Assembly (NCBI GenBank): GCA_038249705.1
Contig: JBBSDC010000002.1
Location: 1,442-65,441, forward strand
DNA from: Bacteroidales bacterium
Lineage (GTDB): Bacteria > Bacteroidota > Bacteroidia > Bacteroidales > UBA4417
DNA length: 64,000 nucleotides
Direction of reading: 5' to 3'
Of this stretch, positions 9,212-19,650 are shown piece after piece (position 1 is the stretch's first letter; each line of letters opens with the position of its first letter). The position numbers and the translations under genes are program-made. The notes under the pieces are model-generated. The model was not told the origin of the DNA. It made no database searches and worked only from the letters and a program-made list of their open reading frames with translations.

Positions 9212-9916
9212 TTAAAAATTCCATTTGGCTGCAAGCGTAGGATTTACCATAAATCCTTTGTTACCGGAGAAATTTGAACTTATCTCAATTTCTGATCCAA
9301 TTGAAATATTTTCGGTGAAATTATACCATATCTGGGGTTCAGTGAGGAATACAAATTGGGTTTCATCCACCGTTTCATCACTGTTTACAAAAGTATTTTC
9401 CTCACCCCAGAAATCAGCGAAACCGGTGAAAGAAACTTTCTTATTGAGCATGTGCATATACCAAACAGCTGTTACCTGAAAAGAAGCGTCAGTTTTATCC
9501 ATTATGTATTTGTACAAAGCCTGGAAGGTAATGCCCTTGGTAAAATCGGAATTATTGATATTATAATCCAAACCTGCCAACCAGGCATCGTTAATAGCAT
9601 AAGCGCCATTGAAAGGAGTAGCATTAAATTGTCCGAATCCCCCGTTGTATTCGACATGTGCGGCAAAAGGGCTTTTACCAATATTAATTCCACGAGCTAT
9701 TTCCCAATACGCAAGGCTGATCGTTTTTCCATTTTCGGCATCATAATTCATATCAATAAAAAAGAAAGTACTACCCCATTTGTCGGGTTTAAACATTTCA
9801 ACTGTTGATGTGATGTACTTCCGGTTTTCTCCGAAATCGTAATGTACCTGTAGATTTTGCGCCTTCACCGAAGCTAAAGCAAATAACACAACTAGGATGG
9901 CAACTGTTTTTTTCAT
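9212..9916 (-). CDS. Tsx-like outer-membrane nucleoside channel (DUF5020-type beta-barrel)
   Basis: It has a signal peptide (MKKTVAILVVLFALASVKAQ), alternating beta-strand pattern and a terminal aromatic residue (AAKWNF). The segment EMFKPDKWGSTFFFIDMNYD resembles the Tsx signature. It lies 18 nt upstream of the purine permease. Confidence 0.6.
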   Translation of the reverse strand: MKKTVAILVVLFALASVKAQNLQVHYDFGENRKYITSTVEMFKPDKWGSTFFFIDMNYDAENGKTISLAYWEIARGINIGKSPFAAHVEYNGGFGQFNATPFNGAYAINDAWLAGLDYNINNSDFTKGITFQALYKYIMDKTDASFQVTAVWYMHMLNKKVSFTGFADFWGEENTFVNSDETVDETQFVFLTEPQIWYNFTENISIGSEIEISSNFSGNKGFMVNPTLAAKWNF

Positions 9917-10012
9917 AAGTCGTTTGGGATTAGTTAAAAGTAAGAATGACGGGAATGAGCGGTAAAATTACAGTCATTCTGAAATATTGCAAAAAATGTT
10001 AATAAATGCTAA

Positions 10013-10043
10013 TAAAAAACCCATCCGGCTGGGGATGGGTTTC
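10013..10043 (-). terminator. Rho-independent terminator of tonB
   Basis: Stem AAACCCATCC (10017-10026) / GGATGGGTTT (10033-10042) with a 6-nt loop. The plus-strand A-run 10014-10019 gives a U-run on the minus transcript. It lies 18 nt downstream of the tonB stop. Confidence 0.7.
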
Positions 10044-10060
10044 AATATTTTTTCCGAAAA

Positions 10061-10753
10061 TTAGCCGGCTAAAGTAAATTTTATCGGCATGTTAAATTGC
10101 ACACGCACAGGTTTACCACGTTGTTTACCGGGTTCCCATTTCGGCATATTCTGCACAACCCGAACGGCTTCCTCATCACAACCTCCGCCAATACCACGAA
10201 GTATTTTTACATCCGTTACATTTCCGTTACGTTCAACAACAAAAGTAACATAAACGGTACCTTGTATTCCACTTTCACGAGCCATCTGAGGATACTTAAT
10301 ATTATCCTGCAAAAATTTCATGCGTCCTGCATCGCCACCCGGAAAAGCGGGAGCATTTTCAACAACCATAAAAATCTGTTGCTCTTCTACTTCTTCTTCT
10401 TCCACTTGCTTAATAGCAGGTGCTTTATATTCTTCTACCTGAGTATTTTCATCTGCTTCGGCATCAATGGTAATATCATCATTTATTTCGGCTGTGTTTT
10501 CAACAATATTTAACACCATCGACGGTGCCGGAGGAGGAGGTGGTGGCGGCGGGGTGTTCTGTTGTGTGATAGTTGCCAGTTCTTCTACCTCGTTTGTTGC
10601 TTTCTGTGCACCAAAAGTGTCAATATCCAATGCGTCATAACTCTTCCATTCAAACGCTACAAGTATAGCGGCCATGGCGAAAATAAGGCCAATTTGAAAG
10701 AAAACACCTTTCTTGGATTCAAGATCTGCCTTTTCTGATTTCTTAAGTTCCAT
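10061..10753 (-). CDS. tonB: Energy transducer TonB
   Basis: It has an N-terminal membrane anchor, a PPPPPPPPAP proline spacer and a C-terminal TonB domain (GIQGTVYVTFVVERNGNVTDVKILRGIGGGCDEEAVRVVQNMPKWEPGKQRGKPVRVQFNMPIKF). Confidence 0.9.
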   Translation of the reverse strand: MELKKSEKADLESKKGVFFQIGLIFAMAAILVAFEWKSYDALDIDTFGAQKATNEVEELATITQQNTPPPPPPPPAPSMVLNIVENTAEINDDITIDAEADENTQVEEYKAPAIKQVEEEEVEEQQIFMVVENAPAFPGGDAGRMKFLQDNIKYPQMARESGIQGTVYVTFVVERNGNVTDVKILRGIGGGCDEEAVRVVQNMPKWEPGKQRGKPVRVQFNMPIKFTLAG

Positions 10754-11150
10754 TACTTATGTGATTATGTATGTGATACTTATGTTATACTGAAAACAAT
10801 ATGCTAAAGTACAACATTTCTTTGGTCAAATTCAAGTGAAAGGCAATATTTCGCGCTTTCACATTTTTTAACTCACATGCCTGCACTCCGCAGAACCACT
10901 ATATGAATAGCGTTACCAGCTGATTATCATAATCTGAAATAGAGAAATCGAGGTAAAACCGATTTTACATTCCAGCTTTAATTCCCATAGTATCATCACT
11001 GGCGCAATCCACCAAGCTTATGATCATATCAGCATTGTTTCATCTTCCTAAATGCATTAAAAACAATTGCCAACACCTATGCAAGAGATGAGAAGTAATG
11101 CGTGTAACAGGCAGGGTGATTACAAAGTATAATGCAACCGGACTCAGTGT

Positions 11151-11531
11151 TTATGCTTCAACAAGAGCTTTGTACTGTTCTGCATTAAGCAATGCTGATA
11201 TTTTTGACGTATCGGCAATATTAACTTTTACAATCCAGCCTTCGCCATACGGATCTTTATTGATGAGTTCGGGTTCATCATTAAGTGCTTCATTAAATTC
11301 GAGCACTTCCGATTCCATCGGCATAAACATATCCGAAACAGTTTTAACGGCTTCGATAGTTCCGAATGTTTCGTTTTCAGCTATTGTTTCACCAACAACA
11401 GCAACATCAACAAATACGATGTCGCCTAACTGATGTTGTGCAAAATCGGTAACACCAATCCAACCGGTATTGCCTTCGACCCTGATCCACTCGTGATCAC
11501 TGGTATAAAAAAGATTTTCAGGAATATTCAT
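11151..11531 (-). CDS. gcvH: Glycine cleavage system H protein
   Basis: [20 protein letters not shown]... with the lipoyl-lysine motif IEAVKTVSD. The start is set at ATG 11531 because a -7 box lies inside the longer ORF-track frame that ends at 11585. Confidence 0.9.
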   Translation of the reverse strand: MNIPENLFYTSDHEWIRVEGNTGWIGVTDFAQHQLGDIVFVDVAVVGETIAENETFGTIEAVKTVSDMFMPMESEVLEFNEALNDEPELINKDPYGEGWIVKVNIADTSKISALLNAEQYKALVEA

Positions 11532-11551
11532 TTTATATAGTTTTTCGATGC

Positions 11552-11559
11552 CAAAATTA
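11552..11559 (-). promoter_or_regulatory. Putative -7 promoter box (TAATTTTG) for gcvH
   Basis: The plus strand reads caaaatta, so the minus strand reads TAATTTTG. It lies 20 nt upstream of ATG 11531. Confidence 0.45.
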
Positions 11560-11660
11560 AACAATGTATGCAAGCTGCAATACAAAATTTTTGAACTTAG
11601 AATGATTATGAATAACTGGCTTCAAATACACTTCAATAAACCAGTTTTACACAGCCCAGC

Positions 11661-14600
11661 TTACTGCGCCAGAGTGAAGCGGAGAGAAATTCCGGCATTG
11701 GTATTTGAAGTTGGTATCTGTGCCGAAACGTGGGGTTTGCTGATAGTCTGATCAAAGAACAGCCTGATATTCAGCTTTTGACTGATCATATAATCCGCTG
11801 AAGCATTTATCGAAATCTGCCGTGTACCGGTTGAAATCGTGTTATCTCTTTCATCGATACGCCGAAGTATCGTTTTATTATCGCGGATTGAGAAATCGAG
11901 TTTTACGTTCAGGTCGCTGCTCAGTTTCACGGTTTTGCCAGTTGCAAGGGAACGAACTTTAAACGGTACACTCTTAAACCGGTATCCGGTTCCTATTACA
12001 AACTCGTTGCTTCGCATTTCGGTAAGCTGATTATTGGCAAAACTCAACGACAGATTACGCGTTTTTTTATACTCCAGTCTGGCAAGCATACTGTTTTTCA
12101 TAGTCACATCAAATCCGAGGAATGGCCCGAACTGCTCAGTAACCGAAATTACATCCATATGCTTTTCAGGAATAAAATTCTCGGCAGCATCAAGCGCGGC
12201 ACTGAATCCTTCCACTTCCACGTATTTAGCGTCCGAAAGAAATCCACCAACAGAATAGGACGAGCGGTATGCATGTGATACATTAAATGATTGGAAATAC
12301 TGACGCAGCTTTTTAATACCCTGTGTGGCATTGTATGTTATCCTCCAGTTAGGATAAGGTATTTTAGGAAAAGCATTAAACTCCATTTTTTTAGGGTCTT
12401 TGCCGGCATATGCCGCCATAAACGAAGCCATAAGCACTTGTGGCTGGGTAGGTCCATATCCGACCGGAAAACCAACTGAATCGACTTCGCCATTATAATT
12501 AGGATTTTGTTTTGCAAGCCGCTCAGCCATTGAAAGACGGTAACTGAGCATCTGATCGAAAACAGGGCTTTCATTGTTATCGTTATCCTTTTTAAAGGAT
12601 GATGGCCATATAATGTACGACATACTGAAGTTTCCGCGCTCTGTATAGGATGATTCCTGAAAATCACCTATGCCGTTTGCTTTAAAATAGGATTGTTCGG
12701 TGGTGGAATAAGCCCTGTCGGCAGTAACATCAATTTTTAAATTCCGCACAGGCTCCAGGGTTGACCGGAATGTTAAATTCTCCACAGCCCTTGTTATATA
12801 TGGATTATTAAGCAAAGTATCCGTTGTTAACCAGCCTGAAGAAGCCGCCTGATACCTGATATCTTTCTGGCTGCCAAAAATAAAACCCAGACCTGGAGCA
12901 TCAGCTCCCCAGCTATTCCCTAACGGACCAGGTTCGGGGGTAAAGCCTGGCAATAAAATACCATTTGACCTGGTGTATGTAAGGTTAGCGTCTTTAACTG
13001 ACATTAATACTCCCAGCGTGTATTGCCCAATAATTTTAAAGTATTGTGGCTTTGCTTTTTCCAGACTGTCAGCCTCTGTTTTTGGCAACTCATTGCCATC
13101 CTTAAGTTCAGTTTCTTTATTTTTATCCCTGCCCTTTGCTCGTTCCATCTGTTCAGGCATTTTGCCTGGAGTAACCTGGCCTTTACTCTGCAACTCGAGC
13201 CGTGTTTTTTTCAGTAGCGGTACTTTATCGTATAATGTTGTCAGCCTCAGTCCTGAGTTGATTTGAATATCGCGCGAATTATCAATAGAGTTACCAAAGC
13301 GTGGCTGCAATGACCGTGGCGAGGCTTCCCAGCGGAATTTTACACCATATCTTACATTCATTGTAACCCAGTTGAGGATAGGAACTTTATTAAATGGCAC
13401 TGCGTAATTAACATTAGCCATCTGGTTGAACCTGTTAATAGTACCGCCACTTTTAATGGAATTCCAAACTGTATCGCGATACTGCTCGTAATTGCTGTTT
13501 TGTTTTTCGTACCCTCCGGGAGGTTCGAGAATGTATGAGTTCACATTGGCACTATAATCAAATTTTAGCGATTGCGAAAAATCGTATTTGATATCGTAAA
13601 TACGATTCCAATCCCATTGTTTGGTATAGTTAGGCTCGAGTATTATAAGTGCGGCGCTTTTATTACGAAGCAACCTCCGCTGATAATCGCGGTACATATC
13701 TGTCCGCACCGATAGCAGTTTTGGCAGGTAATAAAAATTGAAGTCGCGGATAAGAGCCAATGATTTTGACTTGACGGCTTTTTGAAACGGCTTGACGCTT
13801 TTAGGATTTATCGCGAAATTATATCCGATTCCACCACGGTAGGTTTTCTGATTGTCGGCTTCAATATCATTGTTATGACGGTTTACCTCGGAATAAGCAT
13901 AGGAAAGGTCGAAGTTTTCGATATCCCACAGTTGCGGTTTCTTTGAAGCTCCAACCCTATCCTTACGCACATTCATAAAGTTAAGGTTTTGACGTTTAAT
14001 TACATCGGTTGTAAGTTGCCGCAACGAATCGCGTTCGGACTTGTTCATATCCTCGGTTTGGTCGGAGTATAAAACATCGGGATCGAGAGGATTATACTGA
14101 GGATTGGCAATAGTTTGCGAATAATCATAATGCATCGGAATGCGGATACCTGATTTCTCGGGCAGAAATTTACCAAGCTCCAGATTGGTTGCAATATCAA
14201 TTTGGGTGATAGCCTCTTTTTGTCTTTCGTTTACTTTCTTTTCAATGCTCCCGAACCCAGGCGAACTGTATGCTCCAGATAACATTAAGCTACCAAGATC
14301 GGCGAGGTTTGTAGCCACCCTGGCATTGGCAGCCCATCCGGCTTGCTCATTAAAATCGGTGAGGCGTAATTCGTTTATCCATATTTCGGCACATTTTGCC
14401 TGCCCATCGTCATTATCAAGTTTTTTCGGATTCCTCTTAGGGTTACGAACACCAACCATCATGGCTCCTACATCGCTCATACTTGGCGAGCCGACAATGG
14501 TAACCTTGTTTTCGCCATCAGGGATTGAATAAGGCGCTGTAATGCTTATCATTGATCCAGCTCTGTTCAATTCGTCATTACGGGCTTTTTTTACAGCTAG

Positions 14601-17600
14601 AAATTTGGACAGATCGATACTCATTTCATTTTCGAGCGGCCAGATATTGCGTTTATCGGCGTCATTATCCTGGTTTGACCATCCCTGATCCCAATCGGTA
14701 AAAGTAATCGGGATTTCATACTCGTAATAGTTGGAGGTAAAATCGGAGCCAATACGAACAAATGCGGTAAGATCACCTTTCTGTAATTCCTGATCCGCGA
14801 GTACTTTTTCAGCGTGAATATACATCCGTAAGTTCTTATAATCGCGGAAATCGAAATCGGTGGTTTTATATGCCCCTCTGGCATCGCCATCGAGCAGGTT
14901 ACAGGTTCTTAAAACCATAGCCTGTTCATTCATTTGCATGTAGTTGGTAGTAGCCACATTTATTTCGCGCTCAATACCCGGAGGTGTACGGTAAGGTACA
15001 TGATCTCTGTAATAATTTTCTTCAACGCTCACGGCTGAAATATCAAAAGTAGTTCCGTCCTGGTTAGGATCGGGAATGTATTCTCCCGGGGTAAGCAGAC
15101 TGTTATAATATTTGCGCCATTCGCCACGCTCGAGCTCAAGTGATGCAAACCTGCACACAACTGCAGTATCCCAGTCCTTAAAAAACATACGTATGAAACG
15201 AATCGATTTAAAATCCTGAATTCCACCAATTACTTTATCGGGTTGCTGCACCGGTATTTTAAACTGATACCACTTTACTCCTCCAGTGCGTCCGTTATCA
15301 AGTTTTACCGGATTTTCCGCTTTCGAATCGTATACCTGAGTGATATAATTTTCGCCTACTACCATATTCTCAGGACGAAGTTTAACAACATATTGAAAAT
15401 ACCGTTCCTGATCACTAAGTGTATTATCGTTATTGAGGTCTTCCACGTTAGGACCACGTTGACCAATGCTGTTCGAATTATCCGCTACATTGGCAGGAGA
15501 GTTTCCATCAGGTCCATTGAAAAGTTTATAGCGTTCAACTACGCTGTTGTATTTGGGATCGCTGTCGTAGTCGCCACCGATAAACGAATGAAAATTATCC
15601 GACGACGGATCGTTTTCAGCTTTGGAATAAGCTTCTGAAGAGGCTCCGAATTTATTGATAATCTTCTGAAGCATAGTTTCGTAAAAGAACTCCTTTTCGG
15701 TAACTGTTCTCAAACCATCGTAACCTACATCCTGAAACGGCCGCGATTCGGGTTTGCTGTCGAAGGAAATAGTAATTGCTTGTTTTGTTGGTACTAAACC
15801 CCATATGGTTTCATCCACATCAACAAGTTCTTCTGTTGGCGGGAGTCCGTTTTCATATGATTTTCGACCATCGCGCAAAATATCTTCCGAAATATCCCCA
15901 AGGTTAAAATACAGATCACCACCACGTTGGCCAAGTTCAGTATCAGTTTCCGAAAACGGATCCATCAGCCAGAAAGTGATGTACTCGACATTGGAGGCTT
16001 CAAAATCCGAGGTTTCCAATTTACGCATAATACCTCCCCAACGGGTATCAGGTTCGAGGAGTGCTCCTGTAACATCTATCCCTTTCGAATAATTAAGTTT
16101 ACCTTCAACATCATAATTGTATGGTCCTCTTTGCGTTGGGAAATAGGAGATATTAAAGATGTTAATATTCAGAGGCTGATTGTATTCGTTTTGCTTGTTG
16201 GGGAATAATTCGTTTTCGTAAATAACGCGGACTGAATTTCGTGAAAGCTCATTAGTACCAATTCCAGAAGGCTTGTTGTTGCTCGTTTTATTGTAAAATA
16301 TTGTTGGATCAATGGTGTACCATGCCAGCAAAGCCCTGTTGTAACCATAAGCCAGTTCGGTGCCCGGAGCTGCTTCGGGAAACATAGTGCGGACGGTTTG
16401 ACCCAAGGGTGTACTGGCAATTGACCAGGATGCAATATTGGTAAGCGAAATAGTGGACTTGGCACCTTCGAAATCGTCGATATAGGAAGTTCCGGCTGAA
16501 CCAACCGCCTTGGAATGACCTGGAATAAACTGTGCAAATTCAGCATCCAAACGGAGTTTCGATGGCGTTTTGGTGCTGTAAAAAGGAAGTTTATCAACCA
16601 TTTTGGTAATGAACGCAGAGCTTTTCTGGTAATTGACACTTCCACCCCATATGGTGTTCGAAATTGGTTCGTCGCCGTAATTTGTCTTTTGTGTAATAGG
16701 CCTTTCGTAAAGATGCAGTACAGTTCCTCCTAACAAAAGATTATTATTTACTTTATAATCGACATGGGTTCCGAGCAATGTCTGGCTGAAAACATTGAAC
16801 ATCGAATTATTCTCAAGCTTAATATTAATAGGAGTACCTGAGTTAAGGATACCTTCGTTTATAATCTTCACCCTGCCCAGTGTGTAATCGACCGTATAAT
16901 CGGAACCTTCGACCAGTTGCGCACCACCGGCAGTAACCATTACTGAACCTTGGGGAACGTTCATGGCGTTGAGTGATATTTCGGAGCCCGACTCCGATTT
17001 GTATTCTCCTTCGATCAGGTATTTGTTTTTGTCAGGAAATTGTTGTGCGCCGGTTTTCGTCATTGTATAGAGCGAGTCGTAACAGTATTTGTCAGCGAAT
17101 GCTTTATCATTTATTTTATCACGCAAATATTTACCGAAAGGCTCCAGAACCGGAAAAAATATCCGGCCATTTGATGATTGAATTGTACCTCCGTTGCGGG
17201 CAGCATTATCCAGAAAGTCGAAAACACCGTCGTGAGGCGGGTTAAGTTGCGGATCAAGTTTATCTAAACCAAAAATCTGAATAAGGGGAACTCCTTTTAT
17301 TCCGTCGGGACCGGTAGTAAAGAAACCTGTTGGAACGGAACTGCTGTTACCGGAATACAGTATATTGAGCAGGAAATCTTCTCGGTTGATATTGTAAGCA
17401 CCGAGATTGTATACGTTCTTCATCATAAGATTCCATAAAGGAACGCGTGTATTTGTAGCAGTGCTTTTCAGCAGTTTCACCATAATGCAATTGGAAGTAG
17501 GAGTTACATCATAGGAAAATTCACCCACCTGGTAAATTTTATCGTTGCCGATAATCTGGTATTGAAAAGCAACTGCAAGCGTTTGATCCGGATTGATTGA

Positions 17601-19001
17601 TGAATTGAGCGAAATAAAACCCAACCTGCTGTTGTACATGAATTCGGAATTCGTAAGCTTCCGGGCACTCGAAACCTGTACATAATCAATACCTGAAACA
17701 AAGCCTTTTTCTTCAGTAAGGTATTTGCTCACAGTTTTATTATCACGCACTTTGGTTGTATCGAGCAGATAGAGCAGGTCGTTGGCTTGATTGTCAGGAT
17801 AGGGTTGCTGGGTACTTGGATGAATATTCTGGTTGTAGGGATTTCTTTCGCCCAAATCCTGAAATGCAACAATATTGCGGTTTTCAGTAACTGCCGATCC
17901 AATATTGGTTATCCAGACTTCAATATTTTTAATTTCGATATTAGAAGTAATAACAGGAAGAGTGGCAAGGGCATTACCATATTCATCGCGGAAATACTGT
18001 GCCAAAAGGAAGTGTCTGTTTTCTTCATAATCAAGGGCACGGGTCGAGAATTCCTGAGTTTGAGCTCCGCCCTGAACGGTAATATTTTCGACCTGGCTTT
18101 GTTGCTGCGAGAAAACGCTGGTTACTGTAGCTTTACCGAACTGAAGCTGGGTTTTAAGACCGAAAAGGCTTTGACTGCCGGTAATCAGCGAACTGTTGAT
18201 AGGCATTGTAACATCGCCGGCTTCAATAAGCTGGATAATTTCATCTTCCTTCCCCTCGTACTTGAGTTTCAGTTTATTTTCGAAATCGAATGTTGCTTCG
18301 GTATTATAATTGGTATTGAATTCGATTTTATCGCCGATTTTCGCCAGGATACTCATCTGTATGCGCATATCGAAATCGAAGTTCGTGGTACGTCTTAATT
18401 GCTGGCTGATGAAAGGGTCGTCGCGGCGATTGGAAATTACACCGAAAATAAGCTCAGCACTACCCTGAGGCCTGATATCGATGGTATTACCACCAAAAAC
18501 ACGGTCGAATAATTCGCCTCCTACTTTTAGCTGAGGGATAACGCCCAATCTGGTAGCCGTTGCCGAACTACTTGCCCGTTCGCGCCAGTAGCTGTCGAGT
18601 GCACGGCGAGTATCCCATTTGCGGTATTCATCAAACGTCATGGAAGCCGGTTTCAGATAATCGATACTTCCTATTTTGTTGGTGATGGTGTATTCATTAT
18701 TAACCGGATCGTAAATAACGTCCTGTTTCAGATTCGAAGGATTATCGAGGTACAAACCGCCCGAAGGAGTAGTTTCGTAAGGATTTTCGCTGCCTTTAAG
18801 TGGAAAACGAAGAGTAGTATCGGGACCGATAGAGTTGGGTGGAACAATAAAGTGCCCTGCTTCCAGTTGCCGGGGATAAATGGCACGCGAAGCACTTACT
18901 CCCCAAATAAGAGAAATAAGGATAGTGAAAAAAGAGAGCCGGAAAATGGATCGGATATATTTCTTCAATCTGCTGAATTCTTTTTCGTGCAAAGCCAACA
19001 A
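11661..19001 (-). CDS. sprA: T9SS translocon / cell-surface protein SprA (2446 aa)
   Basis: A single uninterrupted 7.3-kb ORF with an N-terminal signal/anchor and beta-rich composition throughout, ending in a beta-barrel-like C-terminus (AGISLRFTLAQ). Its size and the ruvA-sprA-gcvH neighbourhood are as in other Bacteroidota. No ATG lies in the open 5' frame, so a TTG start at 19001 or 18998 is probable. Confidence 0.85.
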   Translation of the reverse strand: MLALHEKEFSRLKKYIRSIFRLSFFTILISLIWGVSASRAIYPRQLEAGHFIVPPNSIGPDTTLRFPLKGSENPYETTPSGGLYLDNPSNLKQDVIYDPVNNEYTITNKIGSIDYLKPASMTFDEYRKWDTRRALDSYWRERASSSATATRLGVIPQLKVGGELFDRVFGGNTIDIRPQGSAELIFGVISNRRDDPFISQQLRRTTNFDFDMRIQMSILAKIGDKIEFNTNYNTEATFDFENKLKLKYEGKEDEIIQLIEAGDVTMPINSSLITGSQSLFGLKTQLQFGKATVTSVFSQQQSQVENITVQGGAQTQEFSTRALDYEENRHFLLAQYFRDEYGNALATLPVITSNIEIKNIEVWITNIGSAVTENRNIVAFQDLGERNPYNQNIHPSTQQPYPDNQANDLLYLLDTTKVRDNKTVSKYLTEEKGFVSGIDYVQVSSARKLTNSEFMYNSRLGFISLNSSINPDQTLAVAFQYQIIGNDKIYQVGEFSYDVTPTSNCIMVKLLKSTATNTRVPLWNLMMKNVYNLGAYNINREDFLLNILYSGNSSSVPTGFFTTGPDGIKGVPLIQIFGLDKLDPQLNPPHDGVFDFLDNAARNGGTIQSSNGRIFFPVLEPFGKYLRDKINDKAFADKYCYDSLYTMTKTGAQQFPDKNKYLIEGEYKSESGSEISLNAMNVPQGSVMVTAGGAQLVEGSDYTVDYTLGRVKIINEGILNSGTPINIKLENNSMFNVFSQTLLGTHVDYKVNNNLLLGGTVLHLYERPITQKTNYGDEPISNTIWGGSVNYQKSSAFITKMVDKLPFYSTKTPSKLRLDAEFAQFIPGHSKAVGSAGTSYIDDFEGAKSTISLTNIASWSIASTPLGQTVRTMFPEAAPGTELAYGYNRALLAWYTIDPTIFYNKTSNNKPSGIGTNELSRNSVRVIYENELFPNKQNEYNQPLNINIFNISYFPTQRGPYNYDVEGKLNYSKGIDVTGALLEPDTRWGGIMRKLETSDFEASNVEYITFWLMDPFSETDTELGQRGGDLYFNLGDISEDILRDGRKSYENGLPPTEELVDVDETIWGLVPTKQAITISFDSKPESRPFQDVGYDGLRTVTEKEFFYETMLQKIINKFGASSEAYSKAENDPSSDNFHSFIGGDYDSDPKYNSVVERYKLFNGPDGNSPANVADNSNSIGQRGPNVEDLNNDNTLSDQERYFQYVVKLRPENMVVGENYITQVYDSKAENPVKLDNGRTGGVKWYQFKIPVQQPDKVIGGIQDFKSIRFIRMFFKDWDTAVVCRFASLELERGEWRKYYNSLLTPGEYIPDPNQDGTTFDISAVSVEENYYRDHVPYRTPPGIEREINVATTNYMQMNEQAMVLRTCNLLDGDARGAYKTTDFDFRDYKNLRMYIHAEKVLADQELQKGDLTAFVRIGSDFTSNYYEYEIPITFTDWDQGWSNQDNDADKRNIWPLENEMSIDLSKFLAVKKARNDELNRAGSMISITAPYSIPDGENKVTIVGSPSMSDVGAMMVGVRNPKRNPKKLDNDDGQAKCAEIWINELRLTDFNEQAGWAANARVATNLADLGSLMLSGAYSSPGFGSIEKKVNERQKEAITQIDIATNLELGKFLPEKSGIRIPMHYDYSQTIANPQYNPLDPDVLYSDQTEDMNKSERDSLRQLTTDVIKRQNLNFMNVRKDRVGASKKPQLWDIENFDLSYAYSEVNRHNNDIEADNQKTYRGGIGYNFAINPKSVKPFQKAVKSKSLALIRDFNFYYLPKLLSVRTDMYRDYQRRLLRNKSAALIILEPNYTKQWDWNRIYDIKYDFSQSLKFDYSANVNSYILEPPGGYEKQNSNYEQYRDTVWNSIKSGGTINRFNQMANVNYAVPFNKVPILNWVTMNVRYGVKFRWEASPRSLQPRFGNSIDNSRDIQINSGLRLTTLYDKVPLLKKTRLELQSKGQVTPGKMPEQMERAKGRDKNKETELKDGNELPKTEADSLEKAKPQYFKIIGQYTLGVLMSVKDANLTYTRSNGILLPGFTPEPGPLGNSWGADAPGLGFIFGSQKDIRYQAASSGWLTTDTLLNNPYITRAVENLTFRSTLEPVRNLKIDVTADRAYSTTEQSYFKANGIGDFQESSYTERGNFSMSYIIWPSSFKKDNDNNESPVFDQMLSYRLSMAERLAKQNPNYNGEVDSVGFPVGYGPTQPQVLMASFMAAYAGKDPKKMEFNAFPKIPYPNWRITYNATQGIKKLRQYFQSFNVSHAYRSSYSVGGFLSDAKYVEVEGFSAALDAAENFIPEKHMDVISVTEQFGPFLGFDVTMKNSMLARLEYKKTRNLSLSFANNQLTEMRSNEFVIGTGYRFKSVPFKVRSLATGKTVKLSSDLNVKLDFSIRDNKTILRRIDERDNTISTGTRQISINASADYMISQKLNIRLFFDQTISKPHVSAQIPTSNTNAGISLRFTLAQ

Positions 19002-19065
19002 GTAAAAGTTAGCTGATTAGATTATTGTTGTGAAATGCCATTAAGGTGCGCACTAAAAAACTTTC

Positions 19066-19650
19066 TCAGAGTATTTTCAGTGCATGTTTAATGAGTTGAT
19101 CAACCGGTAACGCACTCCCGTTTGCTTTAATTACCTGATCAAGGGCTTTTTCGGCAATCGGTTTGTTAAAACCCAGCATTACTAATGCAGATAACGCTTC
19201 ATATTTGCCAGTATTGTGCGAGGCAAGTAAATTTTCGCCGGCAGGAAGATCTTTCATTATTTTATCCTTCAGGTCGATAATAATCCGCAATGCTGTTTTC
19301 CCCCCAATTCCTTTTATTGATTGGAGCTGCTTTACATTTTCGGTGGCTATGGCATCAGCCACTTCCGATGCTGTAAGTGCTGATAAAATAAGCCGCGCTG
19401 TGTTAGGGCCAACACCCGACACTGATATCAACTGCTGAAAAACATGTCGTTCGCCGGTATCAGCAAAGCCATAAAGTATGAGTGCATCCTCACGCACTAC
19501 TAAATGAGTATGCAAACGGCAAGATTCCTTTCCGCTGATCTGGGTATACGTATTCAGCGAAATACTGATTGAATATCCAACACCCTGACACGAAATTACG
19601 GCATTAGTTGGATTGAGGTCAGCAATTTTTCCTTCGATAAAGGAATACAT
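19066..19650 (-). CDS. ruvA: Holliday junction DNA helicase RuvA
   Basis: MYSFIEGKIADLNPTNAVISCQGVGYSISISLNTY..., HhH motifs (ISVSGVGPNTARLIL, IKGIGGKTALRI) and a C-terminal domain III. The start is taken at the internal ATG 19650 (194 aa). Confidence 0.9.
   Translation of the reverse strand: MYSFIEGKIADLNPTNAVISCQGVGYSISISLNTYTQISGKESCRLHTHLVVREDALILYGFADTGERHVFQQLISVSGVGPNTARLILSALTASEVADAIATENVKQLQSIKGIGGKTALRIIIDLKDKIMKDLPAGENLLASHNTGKYEALSALVMLGFNKPIAEKALDQVIKANGSALPVDQLIKHALKIL

Noticed and set aside
12149-18398. Long alternative-frame and antisense ORFs inside sprA (for example 17787-18398 plus strand, 203 aa; 16169-16645 minus strand, 158 aa; 15243-15638 plus strand, 131 aa)
   Set aside because: They are fully embedded in a 7.3-kb gene with a coherent product. 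They have low-complexity or odd composition, and no promoter boxes or family motifs.
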